Shown: positions 1-6,380 of the stretch, in pieces
How positions within the stretch are numbered: the stretch's first letter is position 1
Layout of the letters: each line of letters begins with the position of its first letter
DNA from: Abditibacteriaceae bacterium
Lineage (GTDB): Bacteria > Armatimonadota > Abditibacteriia > Abditibacteriales > Abditibacteriaceae
Assembly (NCBI GenBank): GCA_031372065.1
Contig: JANMKN010000272.1
Location: forward strand, 1-11,329
Direction: 5' to 3'
DNA length: 11,329 bases
Translations under genes and position numbers: made by a program
The notes under the pieces: generated by a model
Seen by the model: only the letters and a program-made list of their open reading frames with translations
Database searches by the model: none
What the model was told of the DNA's origin: nothing

Positions 1-139
1 CATTGGTCAGTTCTTGGAAATGGTTTATAATCAGAAGCGGCTGCACTCGGCTCTGGGCTATCTTCCACCAGCCGAATTTGAGGCAGTCCACAAAGACAAC
101 AGTCCTTAACTACTTGTTGCAATTCAGGGGTTCACTCCA
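1..139 (+). mobile_element. Right end of an IS3-family insertion sequence (continues left of the window)
   Basis: The transposase C-terminus is followed 30 bp later by ...AATTCAGGGGTTCACTCCA, ending at 139 (reverse complement TGGAGTGAACCCC, an IS3-type TG...CA terminus). Confidence 0.85.
2..109 (+). CDS. IS3-family transposase (OrfB, integrase core) C-terminal fragment, 5' partial
   Basis: Frame 2 reads IGQFLEMVYNQKRLHSALGYLPPAEFEAVHKDNSP*, containing the YNxxRxHSxLGYxxPxEFE motif of IS3-family transposases. Not in the ORF track. Confidence 0.9.
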   Translation: MGQFLEMVYNQKRLHSALGYLPPAEFEAVHKDNSP

Positions 140-622
140 GTTGGAGCCAAAAAAAGTATAAAAAGTGAACTTAGCACCGTCAGGACTCCATCGCGCGTGA
201 TAATCGCCCAAGCTATTGCTGAGAATCTGAGACAATCCGGTGCCATCCGCGTTGACCTTGCAGATGTCATAGTCGGATGTGATGGGACGTGAAAAGATAA
301 TCGAGTTACCAGATGGATGATAGTCAGGCCAAACTGGGGCGCCGCCTTGTGAGAGAACTGCTTGACTAGAACCATCTGGACTCATCGTCCACATAGCATC
401 GGTGCGTTGATAAACGAGTTTGCCACCATCTAAACGCCATCTGGCATTCCCTTCCTGAATACTTGGCGTATTGGAGAGATTAGATTGCCCAGAGCCATCA
501 GAGTTCATGACATAAATGTCGTCATTCCCTGAACGATGCGATGTGAAAGCAATTTTGCCACCTTGACACCAGGCCGGTATACACAGCAATCCCACTAACA
601 ATAATGCAAAAATACTTCTCAT
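110..622 (-). pseudogene. Secreted TolB-like/PD40 beta-propeller protein, 3'-truncated by IS3 (native part 622-140)
   Basis: Signal peptide MRSIFALLLVGLLCIPAWC; PD40-type repeats (KIAFTSHRSGNDDIYVMNSDGSG, YDICKVNADGTG, ARWSPDGAKF). Too few blades for a full propeller, and the last residues WSEPLNCNK* are read from the IS terminus. Confidence 0.8.
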
Positions 623-666
623 CTTGGAACCCGCCTTGTTGCTTTCTTAAATCCTCAATTTGACCA

Positions 667-692
667 GCTTTTAGCTTTATAAAGCTAAAAGC
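667..692. promoter_or_regulatory. Perfect 26-bp palindrome upstream of the TolB-like gene (candidate operator)
   Basis: GCTTTTAGCTTTATAAAGCTAAAAGC equals its own reverse complement. It is flanked by TTGAC (660-664) and GTCAA (693-697) and lies 45 bp upstream of the ATG at 622. Confidence 0.55.
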
Positions 693-889
693 GTCAAACT
701 CAATTACCTTCAATTGTATTCCAATTCTATCACTGATACAACTTTATGTCAAAAAGAGGTCAATAAGGTCAATAAGAATATGTAGCATCGGTGGCATTTT
801 CATCACGATAGCGGACAAGGAATATTAGCAACTTCTTAACGACGATATTAACCCATATTTTTCACACAGGAAGATTTGTCGGCCTGCAC

Positions 890-1020
890 AGAACTGCCCC
901 CTAATTTTATAAGGCATTTTATAAAGCGTTTTGTTTCTGTGGTAGCAAAACTCCCCACAGAAGATTTTATAGGAAACAGTACTATCCTCTTTCAATACAC
1001 TGAAACTATGGGACAGTTCA
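890..1020. mobile_element. Possible degenerate MITE or IS-end remnant
   Basis: AGAACTGCCCCCTAATTT (890-907) matches the reverse complement of the right end, TGAACTGTCCCATAGTTT, at 14/18. Nuclease homology begins just after 1020. No target duplication seen. Confidence 0.3.
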
Positions 1021-1444
1021 CCGAGCAACAACAAGCGGCTCATCGTTAAAGAAATCGACACCGCCAAAACCTCCGTCCGAATTCAGGCTTACTCCTACAC
1101 CAGCGAGCCAATCTCCGAGGCGTTGCTTCGCGCCCAAAAGCGGGGCGTGAAGATTGAAAATTACGGCGCTTTTGGCCGCCAGCAATCAAACGGCACAATA
1201 TAGCGGCGCGAGGTTTTTGCAAAACAGCGGCATCACGGTCTTGATTGATTGCAAACACGCCATTGCCCACAGTAAGATTATGATTTTGGATGGTAACACA
1301 CCCAACGGCACGATTATTACAGGGTCTTTTAATTTCACGAAAGCCACCGAAGAAAGCAATGCCGAGAATCTGCTGGTCATTAAAGACTCGCTCCAACTAG
1401 TCACAGCCTACAATGCCAATTTCGACGCACGCAACACCGTATGA
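1021..1444 (+). pseudogene. Nuc-like phospholipase D-superfamily endonuclease, frameshifted and lacking a start
   Basis: The frame from 1036 reads RLIVKEIDTAKTSVRIQAYSYTSEPISEALLRAQKRGVKI. The next frame (1154-1444) has the HKD motif HSKIMILD and TGSFNFTK..EESNAENLL. The frameshift is at an imperfect 7-bp duplication TGAAGAT/TGAAAAT (1148-1161). There is no ATG upstream in frame before TAG at 970. Confidence 0.85.
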
Positions 1445-1485
1445 GCGAAAAAAATGAAAACGTCTCAGTTTTCGCGGGGTGTCGT

Positions 1486-1524
1486 GGCGTGCCGGAACAG
1501 GCGTTTGATTAAAAGGAGTTTCTG
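1486..1524 (+). repeat. Shared upstream motif, copy 1 (includes RBS)
   Basis: GGCGTGCCGGAACAGGCGTTTGATTAAAAGGAGTTTCTG; about 33/39 identical to 2008-2047. Confidence 0.7.
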
Positions 1525-1719
1525 ATGAAAAGCGTTAAGTTATCCCGCCGCATCGTCCGCCCTTTTGTTTTGACAGGCATTATTTTTCTCGGCCTTGTCA
1601 TGGCTGGCTCTCTTTTGACCCGCACTGCCAAGGCCCCAACTGTCAGCGCTTTTCTGGCAATGCAAGCGGCGGCTTCAGGGCAAGGCAGTGCAAAAGCCAC
1701 CACAAGAGCCATCAAGTGA
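1525..1719 (+). CDS. Small membrane-anchored or secreted hypothetical protein (64 aa)
   Basis: AAGGAG RBS; basic N-terminus followed by the hydrophobic stretch PFVLTGIIFLGLVMAGSLL. Confidence 0.6.
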   Translation: MKSVKLSRRIVRPFVLTGIIFLGLVMAGSLLTRTAKAPTVSAFLAMQAAASGQGSAKATTRAIK

Positions 1720-1765
1720 TTCCAGTAATGATTCCACTCTGGCGAACCGTGTGCTGTGGATTTTA

Positions 1766-1784
1766 GAAAAAGTCTTTGATTAAA
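1766..1784 (+). repeat. Shared upstream motif, copy 2 (no Shine-Dalgarno)
   Basis: GAAAAAGTCTTTGATTAAA, 18/19 identical to GAAAAAGTGTTTGATTAAA in copy 3; it ends 1 nt before the ATG at 1786. Confidence 0.6.
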
Positions 1785-1785
1785 G

Positions 1786-1968
1786 ATGTTGCCACCCATT
1801 CCCGACCCACTCACAGATATCAAACAGCGAAAAGGCGTCGTTTCGCTGGAGGAAAGGGCTGGCCTGTGGGCCGCGTGGTTACAGCGTAATTTTTTGTGGC
1901 TTGCGATTGCGGCGTTTGTGATCGGACGCATTAGGGGCTACTTTTTCCCTGACGGAATTGTCCCGTAA
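1786..1968 (+). CDS. Small membrane hypothetical protein (60 aa)
   Basis: Hydrophobic helix FLWLAIAAFVIG; start directly after the shared motif. Confidence 0.5.
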   Translation: MLPPIPDPLTDIKQRKGVVSLEERAGLWAAWLQRNFLWLAIAAFVIGRIRGYFFPDGIVP

Positions 1969-2007
1969 CGGAAACTAACAGTGGTTTGGGTAACAAGTCG
2001 GTCTGTC

Positions 2008-2047
2008 GGCGTGATGGAAAAAGTGTTTGATTAAAAAGGAGTTTGTG
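2008..2047 (+). repeat. Shared upstream motif, copy 3 (includes RBS)
   Basis: GGCGTGATGGAAAAAGTGTTTGATTAAAAAGGAGTTTGTG, immediately before the ATG at 2049. Confidence 0.7.
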
Positions 2048-2048
2048 T

Positions 2049-2354
2049 ATGGCTGGCTTCGACAACAAGTGCCCTTTGTGCGCCAAGATGAACCCAGACA
2101 CGGAATGGGTCTGCGAGGATTGTGGCGCTGAATTGCCAATGCATGGACAACGAGGTGTACAGAGTAGAAAACCGGTGCAACTTTCAGGTGGTGTCCCGCC
2201 AAACGCCCCGGTTCAAGTTCCCGTGAATATCCCTACTCAAATGAACACGCCAAAAGCAAAGAGAGAGTCCACCGGCCTTGGATATTGTTCATGTGGCTGC
2301 ATGATTCTATTTTGCGTGTTTCTGTTCTTGCCTTGGACATGCTCTCATTACTGA
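2049..2354 (+). CDS. Zinc-ribbon protein with Pro-rich linker and C-terminal Cys-rich membrane anchor (101 aa)
   Basis: CPLC-x10-CEDCGAEL zinc ribbon; C-terminal GYCSCGCMILFCVFLFLPW. The AAGGAG RBS favours ATG 2049 over TTG 2043. Confidence 0.75.
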   Translation: MAGFDNKCPLCAKMNPDTEWVCEDCGAELPMHGQRGVQSRKPVQLSGGVPPNAPVQVPVNIPTQMNTPKAKRESTGLGYCSCGCMILFCVFLFLPWTCSHY

Positions 2355-2491
2355 AGGGCTGGCACCATGTGGTTTGGAAACCTCACCATCGCCCAAAGAA
2401 AGCGGCCAAGCCGCCCTTGATTTATGACGCACTAAAACGCTTTGAGGAAACCTTATGCTTGAATCATCCAACAACATTACCCATGTCCTTG

Positions 2492-2546
2492 CAAAGCTGT
2501 CCAGATGATTGGTAACACATATGGGGAATGGAATCGGCTCACTTTT
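2492..2546 (-). repeat. 55-bp inverted repeat, left arm
   Basis: Its reverse complement matches 3771-3825 at 53/55. Confidence 0.95.
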
Positions 2547-2705
2547 CGGAAACCTTTTTCCATTTGCCCTTTTTGAATTGTATACAACTAAAACCTGCAT
2601 AGCGCGTTAACTAAGTTGGGAGGTTCACTGAGTCATGGAGAGAACCCTTGTGCATAGCATCCGTTACAATATGTAGAGGAGAGATCACATTCTCTGGGAG
2701 ATACC

Positions 2706-3608
2706 ATGAAAAAGCGCTGCAAAGTCGGATCGTTAGCTGTTGGGATGATTGTAGGCGCGCTCAGTGCCACCATGTGGTTGGATGCCCCACTCGCGCAAGC
2801 TGCAGAACCTGCAGTTCCCAAGTTGGCAGCGCTCAAACCCAAGCCCAATTATGTGATTGGTCGCTGCGTAAACATGAAAGGGCAGCCGTTGGCGAATGTC
2901 CGCATGTTCTTCAAGGGCGTGACGCTGCAAGGCGGGCAAAATACAGAAACCTTGACCAAAACCAAAGCCGATGGCTCCTATTCGATGCGCGTGCCACAGG
3001 GGATGTATTCGGTGTATGCTGAACATTCCGTTGATGCTAACGAACAGATCTACAAATTCCAGCTTGAAGCTCTGGACGGCGATTCGGATACGCAGGATTC
3101 CACCGAAGGCGTGGTAGAGGATTTCGTATGGAAAATCCAAGGGCTGCGCCCCGGCCAGAAGGCCAAAGCCACCAGTGAACGCGAGTGGAACTACGCTTAT
3201 TACGGCGCCCGCGTTTATCCCAATACGTACCGCAGTCACGGCAAATATCCCAATCTCGAAGACGAGACTTCGTTGAGCAAAACCTATCCTGCCGATTCGC
3301 AACTCGAAATTACTCTCGAACCCGAAGGCGCGCTCATAGATGGCTCAACTGGAACCACCGTTATCGAGCGATTACGTTTGGGAGACATGGGCAATTGGGC
3401 TTTTGGAATCCGAAATTTTCCAGTTGGAATCTACACGGCCACGGTGAAAGTCATCACACCCAATGAACAGAAAATCGCCTTGCGCTGCAAAGTGGATCAA
3501 GAGGGCAAAGACCTTGATGCGATTCCGTGGGCCGCATCCGCCCGCCTCGTTTTTCCAGCTTACACCGAATATAGCCAGAGTGTGAAGTTGTATTTAGCCA
3601 AACCCTAA
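2706..3608 (+). CDS. Secreted protein with N-terminal carboxypeptidase regulatory-like (transthyretin-fold) domain (300 aa)
   Basis: GGGAG RBS; signal peptide ending ..PLAQA; VIGRCVNMKGQPLANVRM...TKTKADGSYSMRVPQGMYSVYA pattern. Confidence 0.8.
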   Translation: MKKRCKVGSLAVGMIVGALSATMWLDAPLAQAAEPAVPKLAALKPKPNYVIGRCVNMKGQPLANVRMFFKGVTLQGGQNTETLTKTKADGSYSMRVPQGMYSVYAEHSVDANEQIYKFQLEALDGDSDTQDSTEGVVEDFVWKIQGLRPGQKAKATSEREWNYAYYGARVYPNTYRSHGKYPNLEDETSLSKTYPADSQLEITLEPEGALIDGSTGTTVIERLRLGDMGNWAFGIRNFPVGIYTATVKVITPNEQKIALRCKVDQEGKDLDAIPWAASARLVFPAYTEYSQSVKLYLAKP

Positions 3609-3696
3609 ACAATTGTAAGGGGAGAAAGAATTTGGCCTGAACGCGTTCCCTTAAGACGCTCGACCAATAACCACTTTACACATTTGAGTTGTGACT

Positions 3697-3783
3697 TCGG
3701 CTCACTTTTTACGCTTCTTCTCAGCGGTTTTAAGCTTGAAACTGGTAGAAAACGACCAAATTCGGCTTCAAAAAGTGAGCCGA
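3697..3783. repeat. Perfect 14-bp inverted repeat with 59-bp spacer in the regulator leader
   Basis: TCGGCTCACTTTTT (3697-3710) and AAAAAGTGAGCCGA (3770-3783). Confidence 0.8.
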
Positions 3784-3825
3784 TTCCATTCCCCACATGC
3801 GTTACCAATCATCTGGACAGCTTTG
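3771..3825 (+). repeat. 55-bp inverted repeat, right arm (contains the response regulator start codon)
   Basis: AAAAGTGAGCCGATTCCATTCCCCA-C-ATG-C-GTTACCAATCATCTGGACAGCTTTG; the ATG is at 3797. Confidence 0.95.
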
Positions 3826-4339
3826 TGTCCTTGTCGTTGATGACCACGACGAGCTGGTGATTCTCGCGGCTACTGTGCTGCGACTGATGGGCTATGTTGT
3901 GCGCGGCACTGGCTGCGTGGCTCAGGCTCGCGCTGCCTTGCAAGATGGGTGTGTGGATTTGGTTTTGACCGATTGGGACTTGCCGGATGGCACCGGGGCC
4001 GATGTGTGTCGCATCGCCAGAGAGGTGCGCAGCGATACCAAGATCGTTGTGCTATCGGGTTTGCATGAGACACGCCATGATGAGATGGCCCGCTGCAAAC
4101 CCGATGCGTTTTTCGCCAAGCCGATGGATATGACGGAATTCCGGGCGAGCATTCGGCAGTTGTTGGAGCCAAATCTGGGCTTGGAGCCAAATCTGGGCTT
4201 GGAGCCAAATCTGGGCTTGGAGCCAAATCTGGGCTTGGAGCCAAATCTGGGCTTGGAGACCAATCTGGGCTTGGAGACCAATCTGGGCTTGGAGACCAAT
4301 CTGGGCTTAGAGCCAAATCTGGGCGAAGCGTTCGCGTGA
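3797..4339 (+). CDS. Single-domain response regulator (CheY-like receiver) with hexapeptide-repeat tail
   Basis: VLVVDD acidic pocket, DLVLTDWDLPDGTG phosphoacceptor, IVVLSG and FAKP motifs; no output domain. Confidence 0.9.
   Translation: MRYQSSGQLCVLVVDDHDELVILAATVLRLMGYVVRGTGCVAQARAALQDGCVDLVLTDWDLPDGTGADVCRIAREVRSDTKIVVLSGLHETRHDEMARCKPDAFFAKPMDMTEFRASIRQLLEPNLGLEPNLGLEPNLGLEPNLGLEPNLGLETNLGLETNLGLETNLGLEPNLGEAFA
4163..4324 (+). repeat. In-frame 18-bp tandem repeat, 9 copies (LEPNLG x5, LETNLG x3, LEPNLG x1)
   Basis: TTGGAGCCAAATCTGGGC x5, TTGGAGACCAATCTGGGC x3, TTAGAGCCAAATCTGGGC x1. Confidence 0.97.
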
Positions 4340-4436
4340 GAGCATTGGCGTGAGAATGAATCATGAGAAATCCTGATTGCATTACTAATACCCCTTGGAG
4401 CGATGAAAAGGTGCAAAACGCACAAAGGAAAAAATC

Positions 4437-4700
4437 ATGTGGATTCTGGCACAAGACGGAACAGCTTACAATCGAGAGGTCTTTGCAACCATTGAGATTC
4501 GCTCGGACACGACCAAAACCAAGTTTACGCTGGTGGCTCATCCGCCAGACAGCGGAAATCAAAGAACGCTTTTGGCACCGGGCGGCAAAGTCTTACTGGG
4601 GACGTTTGGCGCCCGCGCAGTTGCACAGGCCGCTTTGATGGAGATTCTGACTGCCAAGGAAGGTTTCGCCGATTTGACCGATCCTGCACTGAATCTGTGA
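4437..4700 (+). CDS. Hypothetical protein (87 aa)
   Basis: AAAGGA RBS before the ATG; globular-looking composition; co-oriented with neighbours. Confidence 0.65.
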   Translation: MWILAQDGTAYNREVFATIEIRSDTTKTKFTLVAHPPDSGNQRTLLAPGGKVLLGTFGARAVAQAALMEILTAKEGFADLTDPALNL

Positions 4701-5007
4701 TCAAGTTGCGAAGGGACTTGTCCTACAGCAGAATTCGCGCAGTTCCTTGGCTCCCACAGTTGAGTGTTTCCAAGAATGCCAGCACCAAAAAGATAGCTCC
4801 TCTCGTGCTTCCGTGCCATAACGACGAGCTTTTGAGCTTCCGCAGCGGTCTTACCCACCCCAGCATTGACTTGAATTCGTCTAAAAGCCACAAAGAAAGC
4901 ACCTCAAGCACTTTTCATCTGGTAGGTCAGCCATATTAATAAACGCTCTTCAAGAAACGTGCTTCAAATCACGGCGCACTTTGATATCTGAAGTCCATGC
5001 AATCAAT

Positions 5008-5034
5008 TCATACAGAGCCGCTCATACAGAGCCG
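5008..5034 (+). repeat. 13-bp direct repeat upstream of the sigma gene
   Basis: TCATACAGAGCCG-C-TCATACAGAGCCG. Confidence 0.8.
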
Positions 5035-5057
5035 GAGAGATTTCTTCAAAAATAATG

Positions 5058-5083
5058 TGTCCGCTTTTTGGGAGAAGCGGACA
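5058..5083 (+). promoter_or_regulatory. Dyad upstream of the ECF sigma gene (candidate autoregulatory promoter or operator)
   Basis: TGTCCGCTT-N8-AAGCGGACA, 13 nt before the AAGGAG RBS (5097-5102). Confidence 0.45.
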
Positions 5084-5106
5084 TTAAGAGGTGAACAAGG
5101 AGTAGG

Positions 5107-6180
5107 ATGCAAGACTGGCAGTTACTTCAGGAATTCATCAAGCACGATTCTCAGGCAGCATTTGGCCAGTTGGTCGAGCGCCATTTGAATTTCGTGTATT
5201 CGATTTGCCTGCGCGAACTGCAAGATTCCGCTCTGGCCGAAGACGCCACGCAAGTGGTGTTCCTGTTGCTATCGCAGAAGGCACACAGACTGCGGCAAGG
5301 CACGGTTCTCACGGGTTGGTTGTTTCAGACGGCGCGTTTTGTAGCGAAGAACGCGCGCAAGCAGGACATTCGCTGGCGCAACCGCACGCAAAAAGGGGCC
5401 GAAGAAATGATGCATGAAGTCAATATGCGCCCCTCCGCCGAGGCCGAAGTCTGGACGGAGATTCAGCCTCTGTTGCACGATGCGCTCGGCAATCTCAATG
5501 CGGCCGATCGCGACGCAGTGCTGCTGCGCTGTTTCGAGGGGCGCAGCCTGAAAGAAACCGGCGAAGCGTTGAACATCAGCGAAGAAGCCGCGCGCAAACG
5601 CGTGACTCGTGCTTTGGACAAACTGCGCCGCTACTTTGCGCGGCACGGCGTCACGATGTCGGTGGCCGCGTTGCTGGCCCTGCTTGGCGAAAACGCTGTT
5701 CAAGCTTCGCCGCTGGCTGCTTCGGGCGTAACGAGTGCTGTCTTCGCTCTGAAGGCTGGCGTTGCAGGCGCAGCAGGCACGGCTTCACTCAGCGCGCACT
5801 CTTTGAGTCTGGCTGCCAACGTCAAACGTGCAGGGCTGCTGCTGAAAATCAAAACGGCGGCGACGGTGGTGGGTGGCATGACAATCGTCGCGATGGGCGT
5901 GCAGCATTTTTCAAGGCCCAAAGAAACCAGTGTGCCGCCGGTGAAGTTGGCCAAGCAAGCGGCACGCGTGGTGAAAGCGCCCGCCCCCTGCCGAAAAAAG
6001 AGTCTGCCACGTCGAAAATCGTGCCCAAAGCAACTGTTGTGCTGCCCACACTTGCGGTGTCCACACTTGCAGTGTCCACACTTGCGGTGTCCACACCGAC
6101 GAAAAAGGCACCGCAAGCTGTGCTTTCGGCAACGCTGCCACGCCACAAAGCGACATTATTGCCCAAAGCAGGGGTTATGA
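5107..6180 (+). CDS. ECF-type sigma-70 factor with C-terminal membrane-anchored extension; the frame probably continues in -1 from about 5984-6000 to 6944
   Basis: Region 2 (AFGQLVERHLNFVYSIC..LAEDATQVVF..GWLFQTAR) and region 4 (LNAADRDAVLLRCFEGRSLKETGEALNISEEAARKRVTRALDKLR), an Ala-rich extension and a hydrophobic segment TAATVVGGMTIVAMGV. After about 5990 the frame-0 tail looks out of frame (Cys/Arg-rich). Confidence 0.9.
   Translation: MQDWQLLQEFIKHDSQAAFGQLVERHLNFVYSICLRELQDSALAEDATQVVFLLLSQKAHRLRQGTVLTGWLFQTARFVAKNARKQDIRWRNRTQKGAEEMMHEVNMRPSAEAEVWTEIQPLLHDALGNLNAADRDAVLLRCFEGRSLKETGEALNISEEAARKRVTRALDKLRRYFARHGVTMSVAALLALLGENAVQASPLAASGVTSAVFALKAGVAGAAGTASLSAHSLSLAANVKRAGLLLKIKTAATVVGGMTIVAMGVQHFSRPKETSVPPVKLAKQAARVVKAPAPCRKKSLPRRKSCPKQLLCCPHLRCPHLQCPHLRCPHRRKRHRKLCFRQRCHATKRHYCPKQGL
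6046..6096 (+). repeat. 15-bp tandem repeat, about 3.4 copies
   Basis: CCACACTTGC(G/A)GTGT x3 plus CCACAC; encodes (TLAVS)n in the -1 frame. Confidence 0.9.
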
Positions 6181-6380
6181 TTGTTGAACCAAACCACACA
6201 GCGTCCGCTGCGGATTTGTCGCCGGTGAAGTTGCCCACCAAAGTAAAAGCAACGGCGCCCAAAAGCGACGCCCCCACAACGGTTTCCGTGGTAGCAGCGG
6301 CAGCGGTGCATGGCAAAACATTGGAACAGGTTTTAACGCGGGATCAAATTCCACCCCGCGAGAACGAAAAGGATGAAGAT

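Noticed and set aside
140..151. GTTGGAGCCAAA at the IS3 junction equals the start of the 18-bp repeat
   Set aside because: A 12-bp match is expected by chance in 11 kb.
757..776. AGGTCAATA tandem repeat
   Set aside because: Only two 9-bp copies in AT-rich DNA; too weak to interpret.
1960..2000. TAAC/GTT motifs as integron attC sites between the small ORFs
   Set aside because: There is no paired R/L box hairpin and no integrase.
2307..2600. Minus-strand ORF containing VMLLDDSSIR as a second receiver domain
   Set aside because: It has no phosphoacceptor or KP motif and is out of frame with the repeat's ATG; at most a decayed remnant.
4163..4324. 18-bp repeats as a CRISPR array
   Set aside because: The units are contiguous with no unique spacers, lie in frame in a CDS, and no cas genes are present.
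3870..4562. Minus-strand ORFs with SPDLAP or KPRFGS repeats
   Set aside because: They are antisense shadows of the stop-free tandem repeat in the receiver gene.
4559..4891. GVGKT in a minus-strand ORF as a Walker A motif
   Set aside because: It lacks the first Gly and supporting P-loop context, and the ORF overlaps a better plus-strand gene.
5989..6180. Cys/His-rich (CPHLR)n tail as a metal-binding sigma extension
   Set aside because: It is best explained as the off-frame reading of the 15-bp repeat; the -1 frame gives a natural Ala/Pro/Thr/Lys linker.
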